From NCBI GenBank assembly GCA_036172245.1, contig JAYWIR010000025.1, positions 2,108,001 through 2,172,000 of the forward strand: a stretch of 64,000 bases of DNA. The letters are read 5' to 3'. This DNA comes from Raillietiella orientalis (taxonomy: Eukaryota). The notes under the pieces are model-generated. The model was not told the DNA's origin, searched no databases, and saw nothing but the letters and a program-made list of their open reading frames with translations. The position numbers were made by a program, and so were the translations under genes. Shown here piece after piece: positions 44,001-56,200 of this stretch; position 1 is the first letter of the stretch; every line of letters starts with the position of its first letter.

Positions 44001-47000
44001 CCGTGTTTTCTCGCGCTCCACGGAAGCGACCCCGCGTTCGGCCATGGTCCTCGTTCGGCGGGGGCGGTTTCTTCCCCCCTCCCGCTTCCACGCAGGAGCT
44101 TCCTTTTCGCGCCATCGGCACTCAGGGAAAGGAAGAATGGGGTCATGCGGAGGGCGGAGTCCCGGCGCCGGGAAAAAAAAGGAAGGAGCGAGGGACGCGT
44201 GCGCAGTGAGGGCTTGTCCCCACGGAGGGCGAGTGCTAGGCGCGTTCGCCAGAGGCGCTTCCAGCCTTCCGGGGAGCTGGCGGGCGGACACGCCGTCGGA
44301 CAGTCGGAGGCTGTTCTCGGCGTGCTCCAGGTGGGCCGCAGCCAGAGCCGCCTGTGCCAGAGCGCAACCGGACCGGGGACGCATCGACGACGGCCTCTGC
44401 TGCGGGAATCCCACCGCCGGGGAGGAAGTGAGCGAGGAGATAAGGCAGCAGTTTCCATGGAGACTCAGCACTCTTCCCAGGTCGATCCGCAAATCCTGCC
44501 CCAACAGAAGTGAACGGCGCTGGGACTCTTGCGGGAATCGTGCGAAAAAAATTGTCAGCTGCAGGTTCTCGTTGTCAGGTGACTGAAGGGTGTCGTCTCC
44601 AGCAACCTCGGGCGATCGCGATGCGGGCGGCCATCCCCCCCCCCCTCCTCCTCTTTTCCGAGGTCAGGAAGGTGTAGAGCGGCGACGACGACGGCGCACA
44701 CCACGAGCGGCGGCGGTCTCGACGACAACGGCTCTCGGATCGTGCCGACTGGCGGCGCTACCCCGCGCAGGCGAAGGGGAGTCGCGGACGCTCTCCCCGT
44801 ATTCCCTGCTCACGAGGCTGCTCGCCCCCGGACGGAAAGGGAAGAGGGGGAAGGTGGTAATCGTGATCAGGCTGGAGGGGGAGGCTGAACCTTTCCCCCT
44901 TCAGCTGCCACACTTCCGTCCGCTCGGATTCATCGGGTCGAGCGACTCCTTGCCAGGTCCTGCAGAGTCATCTGTGAAGCGAATTCCGAAGCAGGAACGG
45001 TCCCGATGCCTCGCGTCTCGAGCAAGCCCGATGCCTTCGAACCATCCCCTCTGGAGGAGAACCGAAGGAACTGGAGAAATGACGTTGCTGCTGCTGCTGT
45101 GCGCGCGCGCGTTAGCCGAAGAGCTCCTCCTCCTCCTCCTCCTCTTCTCCCGGCCGGGAGGAAGCGTGAGAAGGGACTGCGAGTCGGCGGCGGCGCTACC
45201 CTCGGGAGCACGCGACCGAAAATTCCTCTTTACCTCCTCCTCCGCACAGCACCCCCTCGGGCGACAAGCGGATGGAACGAGTGAAGTGTACGAGAAATTT
45301 CTCCGCGACTTTTCTTGCCTGTCTCTCTACTCCCCTCGTCCTTAGCGGCTCTTGTGACCCGAAGAACCGCCGCTGCCTCCGCCTTCTCGGAGCGGTTTCG
45401 CGGCACCGACCGCAGAGGGCGTGCGCGCGCACTCTGCTTGGCTGTTGCCCGCCCGCCGCCTGCCCCTTCGGGGCGAGCGATCGGAGTGCCCGCTGGGATC
45501 ACCTCGCGAAGGATAGGAGGAGTCTCTCGGGACGCCTCGGACCGCCGAGAGGGAAGGGGAGTTCAGATGTGTGTTTTTCTCTCGTTCCCAGCAATGGGGA
45601 AAGCTCGTCCCCCCTCATTCCGACCGAGACCCCTGCCCCTCCCGCCTACCGCACACCTCCATCCCCCGCCGTGGATCGCCCCGCCGAAGGAGGAGCGGGA
45701 GCCACGTGACAGGGAAAGCTCCGGTTTCCGGTTCCCATCCCGACAGGGCGTTCCGGGAAAATCCGGCATCCTCCCCGGATTCTTCGGACGGGATGCCGGA
45801 GCTTCTTAAGGGATCCCCGAGAGACGCCGTACCCAAGGGAACGGAAGTATTCGCTCCTCGGGCTCTCTGCACCTCGGCGAACTGACTCGGACTCCCGGGG
45901 GCAACCCCTCCCCTCAGGAAAGCGCACGAGGCGCGATACACCCAGAGAGACCTGGATCTTCCGACAGGATCTCCAGGAAGACCAACATCTTAGGGAAAAG
46001 GCGACGGGGTCCCTCGGGGGCGGGTGGGACATTGTCCACCCCCAAGGTGGGAGAGGTACATCCGGTGCACCGAAAGGGGATGCGCGGGATGACCGTTCGT
46101 TCCCGCTCTCCGTATCACGGGAGAGCGGCGGTGGTAAAGAATGCCGGGAAGCCTGCGGCAACGCAGAGAGAAGGACAGAGGACTCCCACACCTCGTTCTC
46201 CCATCCCTCCAGAGAGAAAACGGACTGGGAAGCAGCTTCCGGGATTCCGGCGAGAGATGGGGAAGGAGGAAGATGGAGCACGTCCGGGACTACCCTCCTC
46301 CTCTTCTTTCTTGCCTCAGAGAGGAAGAGAGGGGGAGGATCTCACATCGGGGATAGAAGGGAGGCAGGAGAATCGTCTCTTCGTCTGCTTTGGAGAAGAG
46401 CAGAGCATCCGTTCCTCCGCTCTCCCTCCCTATGATCAGAAGCGCTGATCCGGGAAACGATGGGTCCCACTGGGACGCGCACTTGCCGTCTCTAGGGGGC
46501 AGAGAAGAGGGACACCACCATTCCGCTTACGCAGGAGGAGGGTTCGGAACTGCCGAGCCGCCCCTGAATCCGGCTGCGACTCTTCCTCGAGGCTCCCCAT
46601 GAGCTGCTTCTCGTCCGGGTGGGGCCGGAAACGAACCCGCGCTCCGAGGAAGAATAGGGATGGATGGGGCGCGCCGCGGGAACGTCCCAAGAGAAACAAA
46701 GAAACCTCCTGGAACTCCCTTCCCGTTGACCGTGCTGCCGCTCTCGGTGACTGCGTTGCTCTGCGGGGTTTCCACGGGCACCGCCGAGGAACGGCTCGGG
46801 GGAGATGCTGAAGATGCCCGGGAGCGGATCGGCAGTTCACGACGTCACAGTCGGGTTGAAAGCAGACTGCACTGGATCCATGCATCTTCCCTGCGGAAAC
46901 GATCGCAGACAGCAGCTTCCGTCGACGTTACTCCCATTTTCCAAAATCTACCCATATACAGGCTTTCTAGGAGCAGTGGCACCCCTTCCATCTCGCGAAA

Positions 47001-50000
47001 CCCCTTCTCCCCACCTTTTCTGGACGTGGGTGGAGGCCCACCAGATTTTTTTGCTACGGTGCCGACAAACCGCAGAGAAAAGGGGCTTACGGCAGCACCA
47101 GCCTTTACCAGAATATTCCCATTTTTCCCCTTCCTATCCTCCACTCGGAGTCAGGATCTGAGCAAACGAACGCCGCATATCCGTCTTCCCACCACCCAAC
47201 CAAAGCTCTCCGAAAGCTCCTCCACGTGGCAGGATTCTTCATTCGGTCCATCTCCCATGATTCATCTATTACACGATTCATATACATCTACTCTCTACAC
47301 GAAACCTATTGCCATTTCTTCTCTCTGTTTTCTTCCTCTACCCGTTTCTTTCTTCTGCCCTCCTTCTGTCTGTTTCCTCTTGCTGCCCATTCCGTTGGTC
47401 TACCCACTTCTTTCAGTGTCTGCAATCTACCTGAGTATACTACCCATCTGTACATTTATTTCTGTATCCACTTTTAACATTAATATCTCCATCTATCTAT
47501 AAACCTGTATTTATACCTACAATCTATCTATCTATATCTGCTGCTACCAATCTATTTGCATTTTGTATTTGCTTATAAAACTACATCCGTGTCTATTGTC
47601 CATCGACATCTCCCTCTCTCCATCTCTATCTATGTTTTAGGAGGCCATGCATTCCTGTAACCATCGCGAGTATTTTTGAATGCACCAGACGTCCAGAACG
47701 TTCGGTTTTTAGGGGCAGCGGGTACGGAAGAATGTTAGAGGATTTCGGGAAAGGACGAGGAGGCAGAGGATGCGGTGCGCCTCGCTGCTTGGTGGTCGCC
47801 TCTTCCCGTCGCGCGAAAGGCTCTATTCCCCCTCGGTCAGTCGCGGGAAGCGGCCGCCGATGCATTGGGATGTTCCTTTCTAAGGACTGCGCTCCGGGCG
47901 GCTGCGCCGGACAGGGCGGGGAACATCGAGTGAACCGGAAGGCCGGTAGAGGAGCAGGGCGTTGCCGCCTGCCTGCTCCGAGGGGAGCGGCACCGCATCG
48001 AGAAGGGTGAGGCGCCGGTGCTGCGACAGCGTTCTGAGAGCCGAGGTCGTCTCCCGGATGCTTCTCCTCCTCACAGTTCCTCCCTCGGGGGTTTCGGAAT
48101 GGGCGGATGGTCTCGGAACTTTCGGGACATACCCCTGGGGGCGACTCCGCCGCCTGCACCCGACCCCGCCGTGCCTTTCTTGCATCCCTTTCCCTCGAAA
48201 GGGGGAGCTGGACGGAGGAGGGGGAGATCACCGCTCGTTTCCTCAGGGACGGAAACTCTGCCCTCCGGCTCCGAGAGCTTCCGCGCCCTTTTCGCTGCCG
48301 CGGCAACCTTCGCTAGCGGTCTCCCTTTTCTGGCCGATGCGCCGCCATGCTGCGCACCCTGCTCGCCGCTTTTGCTCTTTTTTGTTTTTTGATTTTCTGA
48401 CGGAGATGAGGAGAGAGAGAGAGGGGGAGAGGAGGAGGAGGTCGAAGGGAGAGCAAACCAAACAAAAGGCTCACTCTTCGTTTTGCCGGTTAATGGACGT
48501 CTTGGAGCGATAGCGATCGGTTTTATTCCCCTGTGGGTCTTTTTGACCGAACCGCCGTCAAGCCAAGACTCAGAACCCATCCTCCTACTCCCACGAGGGC
48601 AAACATCCGCCAGCAGCTTTCCCGTGAGATTGCAGAGTGGGAGCGGCGCGGCGCGATGGCGCCGAGTCGAGTAGCAGCGTCTCGCCTGCGATGAAAACCG
48701 GCGCACCGCGATGCTTCCCATGCTCCAAAGTCTCCCCCCCCCTCCTGCTTGTGGGCGCCTCGATGTCTACGCCGCTCGACCTGTCGCCCGAGCTCCAGGA
48801 ACGTTTGTGGGCAGGGAATGGGGTCCCTCACGAAGAGTTTCCCCTCTGCAGGTGGGTGGACGGGTTCCTTCGTCCGTCCACCCACCTGCCGAGCTGGTTC
48901 ACACAAAAGACGCGCTGCATCGCGGGGGCGATCGAGTCCTCGATGAGCTGCCGCTGTTTGGGAGAAGAGCCTTGGCTTGCCGCGTCGGCCTGGAGACCCA
49001 CGGCGGGGGTCACCGTGGCAACTGTTCATCGATGCCGCCATCGATGTCCTCAGTGTCAGCGTCTTGGGAAGGAGGGGGGGGGGGGCGAACGAGCTGTCCC
49101 GCCGTTCTGCTTTGCCGAATTGCTAAGAGACGAGCACCTCGCCGGGATGGCATTCTTCCGGCCGGTTGTCGCCAGCGGCGCCGGGGAGAGCGAGCGGAGC
49201 GGAGGCGAGGCCGCTCGCTCCGCCCAACTCTTCCAGCAAAATCGCATCCAGACCCTTAGTTCCTCGATCCCTTCCATTCCCTGAAGATGGGAATGAGCAA
49301 ATGGGCCCCCCATGCCGCAGGGAACACCACCTCATTCCATCTCGCATTTCCAGTCAAGAAGACGGAAGCGCAGCATCCCGGACTGCTCTGAAGTGCCATT
49401 CAGTTCTATGAGTGCCATTCGTTCTGCCCTGAATGCCCCACTCCACCCCATTCTACGCAGAGGCCCACATTCAAAATGGAGACTCGCCCCAACTCGGTCA
49501 TTATTCCTCACACTCTTCTTGCATTCTTCCCGATAAGCAGGTCGTTCCTAGTTCTGTGCGGTTTCTAGGACAGCAAGGAGTGAAATTCGAGGGCCAGGAA
49601 AAGAATCGCTTTTTCCGCTGTGGCAAAGCGTCACCTCGCGAGGAAGCACTCTTTCCACTGTGACAGGGTAGCTCGTGGCAAAGAATCTCTACTTTCACTT
49701 CGGTAGGGTAGAGTCTCGCCAAGATTCTAAAATGGGAGCGTTCCCTTTCCTGTTGCAAGTTGCCGTTTCGTTGCTGAGGCCAGTTCTTTCTTTGCCTTTG
49801 GGATGGAGCATGGAATCTCAGAAGACAGGAAGGAGAGGAGGAAGGGAAGATAAAAATTCGGCTGAAAAGCGCCGGAGAGGACAGTTGCATGCTGAAGACG
49901 ACTAGCGTCGCAGTTCTTGCGATCGGCACGTGGAAACGAGCGAAAGGAAAAGAGTTTTGGGAGCAGGAAACGCGTCTCTATCTCCCAGCAAGAAAAAGGA

Positions 50001-53000
50001 AACCAACACTGTCTTTGCCGGCACTGGAGAACCACCTGGTGGTTGGTTCTCTTGTGCTGGAAAACACGAACCTGTGACCTGGGAGAGAAGAGGAGGTCAA
50101 GGCAGCGTGACCGGGAAGCGCGTTTTTTCGTGCTGCTGCTTGGTGTGCGGGCGCCACCAGTGCCACCGTGTCCAACCAGGGACGAGCGCAACGCACCGAG
50201 ATGTTCGAGAAGCATCTTGCCTGGGTCTGCCTGAGAGGAAGAGGGAGGAAGAGAGGAGGAATCTCGGGTGATGGGGCTCGGGAACCGGTCCGCCTTCGGG
50301 ATGGCGGCTGCAACTCCCGGGGAAGATCGAACCGAAGAATGCTGGGTGGAAGATCTCGGACGTGTCTCAGATGACACGAATGGCTTCTTTCCCGGGACCG
50401 GGAGAGACCAGTGGCCGGGAGGCAACCGGGGAGATCCAAGGGCAACGGAGGGAAGAGGGGAAGATCGGACCTTCGAAGGCCGAATGGTGTGCTCGAAAGA
50501 AGCGCTGCTGGAAAGAGTTCTGGGATTCCCGACCGAGACGATCTGAGGAGCCGGCCTGTCTCGAGTTCTATGCCTTGATAGTAAAGAGGAACTCATCCAC
50601 GAGGATGAGGTGCTGGAAACGACGATCACCGGCTACTTGTCCTGAATCTACAAGAGAGGACTACGGTGCACGCGGGATCGGAATGATCGAAGTCGCCGGC
50701 CTTGAAGTGTGGAAAGGGGAGAGGGTGAGGCGGGAAGCTTCGAGAACTCTGTTGCCTTGGTTCCGGGTGGTTAAAGCGCCTTCCAGCGTGCCCAGCGTGA
50801 GCGTCCAATCCGGCTAGCGCGAAGGGCAGTTTGCACGACCAGGGGTCCTTCACATGAGCACCCGCTGGGGCGCCTCCGCGTGTCCTTTCCCCTCGGTCGG
50901 GAACGCCCAGCGGGTGGGCGCATGGTTGCGCCATCTAAATTTAGAGGCCACCCAAGCTCGGGCTTCGCGACGAGCTCCCGAGACCACGACGAAGGCGTGA
51001 GTCTTATTCCTTCGAAGTGGTCTCCTAGATCACGCGGTTTCTACCCCACCGCTCCTGCCTGGCAGCGATCCTTGTGACGAAGGCGCTGTCGGATAGGTGG
51101 ACGACGGTTCCAGGACCAGAGGTCGCGTGCGCGAGCTGCGAGCGCACCTGAGCCTTCGTCTGATTCTTCCCGGAATGCGCGTGCACGCCTCAGGAGGCGC
51201 GCTCGAAGCGCCGCCACGCGGCGATGTCGAAAACATTCGGGACGCGCACGCACGGCACGCGGAACGGACGCTACCAAGAGTCTCGGCCATCGGTGGTGAA
51301 TAATCCAGATGACCAGAGGGGTAACGACCAACGGCAATGAAACCTTATTATTCTTGTTGACAGCAGTGTCCAATTCGTTAATTACTAATAGTTAGAAATG
51401 AGGGGCACGTGATATGTCCAGAGTTCTCTGGAAACGCGAATTCTTCTGGTCGTTTCCGCCAAGCGCGCGAGAGGTTGAATGGACCCAAGGTTACACCTAG
51501 CCGCTGGTGTGGCCGAAGGACGGGCGGTCTCCGTGGGCGTTCTTCCGTGGCTTCTCGCGTGGCGGAAGGGAGGGCGGTGTCCACTCAGCAATGAGTGCTG
51601 CTTTCATCTGCGCAGGAGGCACACGAACGTCGCGTGCGTAGGGGGAGGATGCCTATGGAGGTCGTGTGGCTTTTTTGTGGCTGCTTTTCAAGAGGCACAG
51701 GGACTCTGCATTTCATCAGAGCACCCGACGCTGGTTTCAAAAGTATCTCCGATCTCCGAAATCTCCTCCCTCCGCCGCTCCTGGTGGCTGGACGCTCACC
51801 GTCGCAGGCACCTCGGCTCCTCAGGCTCTCCCTTTGCGACGGGTGCGTCCTCGAGCGCCACACGGGCGCTCGGTTCATGGAGGAGGAGGTGCTCTCTCAC
51901 TCCTGAAAGCACCCGACGCACACCACGCGTGCGAGACGAAGGCAGCCGGAAGGAGGTGGAAGTCGTGGAAGAGAAGGGAAAACAAGGAAGCGTCGCTTCG
52001 GTGGGAAGAAACATGGCGCCTGTATCTTGTCGGAGCTCCAGGGGTGCTCCACGGGAGAACATTTGTCACATGGATGCGCCCCCTATCTTTCCTCTCTGTG
52101 GCGAACCTCTTCTCCCCCTGGAAGAGCTGCCATGAGCCTACGGCTACTCTTGCCACGGCATCCGCTCGTGAAGCAGCGAAGAGTAGGTTCAATAAAACCC
52201 TTTAGGGGGGAAGGGAGAGAGGGGTGAGGGAGGGAGGCCCGACGACCCCACTTCTCCCCGACACCTCAGGAGTCGCTGGAGACTCTCACTCGAACTCGGC
52301 CTTCCGAAGAGTTCCGGTAGCAGAGGAAAGAGAAGAGAATAGTCAGCTCAGCAGGGTCTATCGTTGGTTTGCGGTGCGTTCGGCCTGTCTCTGCCTTCTT
52401 CTCCCTCCTTTCCCGAGAGAAGGACAGGACATTGCTGCTAGAGAGCGTCCGTCACATCCGGAAAAGGGGGTCCAAGGATGCCGCCGAAGAGGGAGAGGCA
52501 AAGACGTCCCTCCTTCCCTCCCGGGAGTTCGCTCGCTGCTTCCGAGAGCGCGATGTGTCTCTCCCACAGGCGGTAGGCGCAGCGGCGATCCCAGCAGGAG
52601 GGCGGTGGAAGCGAATTCCGCGAGGTGGAGCTGCGAGAGCCTTCGTCTTTCTTGCATTCTTCCCGTGCTCTGGTTCCCCCGGAGGGAGGGGCGGGAGAGT
52701 GAGATGAGTGGGAGGAGAAAGGGAGATTTCGATCTCGATGCGCAGACTCTGCAAAGGGGGTGAGGGACGAGGGAGGACGGGGGAGAGGGGGAAGGAGGTA
52801 GCCAGGGAACGAGGGCAGAGGCTTCTCCAGAATTGCGCGCGCTCGGCGCTCCTGCCCAGACGGTTGCTGCCGCCGAGGTCTTCCCGAAATCCTCTCAGGA
52901 ACGTCGTCCAGAGGCGGAGGCGGTCTATCGTTTTACGAGGAGAAAGCAGCGTGGGTGTTAGGGAGACGGAGGGGGAAGATTCATCGCGTGCGCGTCCCAA

Positions 53001-53149
53001 GGGGAGGCTAGGAGGCAGCGCCGATCGCGGGCTGCTGGAAGCCGAGCGGAAAGCGGGGGCGGCGCAGGAGGCCACTGCTTGAACGTCCCGGCCCCCACTC
53101 CCCCTAGCCCGCCCTCCCTCGACGGCGCTCCCGGGGTTTCTGGACTCAC

Positions 53150-53222
53150 CTGGTTCTTCCTCCTCTTCCTCCTCCTCGTTCCCCCTTGCTGCTGCTCCCA
53201 TGGGCAAAGCGGCGGCGAGCAT
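53150..53222 (-). CDS. Candidate first coding exon of the smoothelin-like gene
   Basis: MLAAALPMGAAARGNEEEEEEEEP then CCA G|gtgagt, a perfect phase-1 donor compatible with the phase-1 acceptor at 35747. It lies in a very CpG-rich block. No homology support. Confidence 0.35.
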
Positions 53223-56200
53223 GATCGCCACGGTCCCTTCCACCAGGCGGAGGCGTCACCAGTGAGCGGCCAGCCGGGCCGGCGCCTCTTCTTGAGGCAC
53301 GATCTCCGCGTGTCGGCGGTAGGGAGCGCGCGCGCGCCGCTCTCTCCGGTCAGTCACGACACGGTGACGGCGACGGCGACGGCGATGACGACGACGGTGC
53401 CGATGCGCGAGACCTTGCGTCCTCCTCCTCCTCCTTCCCCACGTTCACCGGTGTTTTCTCGTCTCTGCCCGAGCCGCGACCTCTCCCATCGGACGCTCTC
53501 TTGTCTCACCGGTCTTCCCTCCTCGTCCTCCTTCTTCCATTCCCTTGTCTCCCCCCCCCCTCCCTTCTCCACCCTCCCTTTCCTCTTACTCGCGTCTCCG
53601 ACATGACTTGGAGACGCGCGCCTCCTCCTCTCCTCGAAGAACGGAGAGAGGGAGAGAGAGGAGGGGGGAGAGAGAGGGAGAGAGAGAGCCGCCGCTGCAG
53701 ATGCGGCGGTCTCTGCCGCTTCCTACGCGCAGGCGATGCCGAGGAGCGATCCAGCGTGGGAGGCGGCGGCGGCAGCAGCAGCAGCCTCAATGTATCGCCG
53801 GACCGCCGCGATCCCTCCCAGGCAGAAGGGAGAAGAGGAGGAGGAGGAGGAGGAGGAGGAAGGTCGGTCTCTGGACGCTGCCGACGCCGACCATCGGCGG
53901 AAGAGGCCCCGCAAGAAAGAGAAGACGGTAGAAGGAGGCGAGGGCGGAGGCGGTGGAAAAGTTCATGTGCGGAGGCGCGGCTCACGGCGCCTCCTCCGTC
54001 CTGCCTGCACAGCCTCAGGGCCTGCGCGTCACCCGGCACGCGCGCGCTCTCGGGAGAGTGAGTCTCGTCACATCTCGGGAGGATTCCGTTCCCCGGGAGG
54101 GTCGTGGAGGCGGGCGGGCAGCCATCTTCCTCCTCTCCCTCTCGGGGTCTTCCCCCCCTCTAGGATTCCCGTCCGCCACCTCCGTCTCGGTGGCTCCGAG
54201 AAGACACCAAGGGGAGAGACTGTCAGCACGCGCGGGGCCTCCCTGGAGACCACCCGCCCGGACTCCTTCCTCCCCCTCCTCTTCCTCTCCAGCCCGCTGT
54301 CCCTCCCAGCCCGGAGCGCCCCGACGGTCGTCGAAGAGCTGGCAAACACGAAGGGGGGAGTGGTGGAAGGGGCTGAGGTGAAGCGGAGGGAGATCAGTCT
54401 CCAACGGGCGAAAGATGGTGAGCTTAAAGGGTGGAGAAGGAGGAGACGGAGGCTTGGAATCCGACAGCGACATCCTGAGGGAAGTCGCGCCTGAGGAGAG
54501 GGGAGGGGAATTTGAATTATTCTCGAAAATCCATGTACATGGGAGCCTCTGCCTGGCGGCAGTGACATGGACCGGACACGATGACCGGACATGCGGGCAA
54601 GTCTGTGGCTGGGGACACGGAGTGCGGTGCCCAACTGAGATCTCCCTCCCCACCTATCCTGCTCCCGCCCCAATTCCTCTCTCCGATGCCCTGCGATTTC
54701 TGCCCTTCCTCCGTCTGAGGAGGAAGAAGATCAGGAGAGATCCTTCCTAAGGAGCCCCCGAGGCTGAGCTTTCTCTTCCGAGACCGCAAGAGGCACCGAG
54801 GGTCAAAGGGGCACGGAGACTTCCGCGAAACCAGGAGGTGCGAGAATCCGGAGGGAGGACCACGGGGCTGGATTCTTCCTCCAAGGGGCGGGTTTTCTCC
54901 GGAGGCACTATAGCTCCTCTTCCTCCTAGAACCCTCGGAAGACATCCGGAGGGTGCTGCGGAAAGGGGGAGGGGGTAATGAGGGTTCCGAGAGACCTGGC
55001 GTTTCCTCGGCGAAGACACGGGAGAAGACGGCGCGCTCTGGAACCCGTGCGTCCGGAATGGCACCCGATAGAGGCCCCCACCCTCCTCACTCCCTTTCCT
55101 TAATGCCTCGGTCCCGGAGGGGAAGGAGTGAAGAGAGGGGAGGGAGATGACCTGAATCGCGACCCGCCGGCAGGAAACGCTCTGAGAGAAGCCGCTGCCC
55201 CTCTCGCGTCCCCAACTGGTTCTGAGGACCAAAGGACCGGTGCTGCCAGGATACCGCCCGGTCTCTAAGGAACCAGGCTCAGATTCGCAGAGAGGCCTGC
55301 GGGCAGGTTGCAGGGGGTCTTTATCAACGGGCAATGAAGCATTGCAGCACCAAGGAATTCCGAGAACACATTCCCGAGTGGCGCGAGGGCATTGTTCTGC
55401 GGATGGGGTTCCCCGGAAATCTCGAGGAATGGGTTTTCCAGGAGCTCAAGACTCTGTTCCCTGCTCTCTTTCCTCTCCCGTCGAAGGGATGGCGCGCGGT
55501 TACCAAAGCCTCCAGTGTGTGCATCCTCCTCGGACAAGTTTTCAGGAGGTCTAAGGATGCGGTTACCAAGGAAACCTCGCTCGGATGCTGCTTTCCGAAC
55601 CGTCTGCGTACCTCAGTAGCCAGAGGGTCGAACTCCGAGTGCTTCAGGAATGCGAGTCTAGAGATTCCGGGAACATAAGGAAGCTCTGCTGATGCTGACA
55701 GGTCAAAGGGCACGTCTCCAAGCGTCCTGCGGAATTAAAGGACACCTATCTAGCTGCTTTCACACCTCGAGGGCTCGCGTTCTTCTTCAAAGCAAGAAAA
55801 GTGGCCGAAACACACTGAAACGAAGGACGAAAGCAAGAAAAAAGCCGTAGGAGGTCACCAGCAGCCACCAGACTCCCAGAGCCTGAAAAGTTGCAGAAGC
55901 TGACCGCGGTCTCATCTGGATATCGGAGCCGCGGGATGTCCCGCGACCACTCAACTGCAAGGACCTTCCCTTCAGGTTGTCCCGGGGTTTTTATTTACAC
56001 TCCAGACGTGGGAGGGAGGGAAAGCCTTCCTCCTGGAATCTTCTCAACGGGAGGGAGAACAAGATACCGCCCGACTTGCGTTCGGCTCCGAGTGGAGCGG
56101 AGTCTGACGTCACGAGGTGAGGGGCAACAAATAACGCAGATAACAAAGGGACGAGCGAAGGCCACTGGATTCCACCAGTCCCTTCTCTCACTCGGTCCTT

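Noticed and set aside
55334..55678. ORF with protein-like composition, possibly transposon-derived
   Set aside because: No motif I can assign with confidence.
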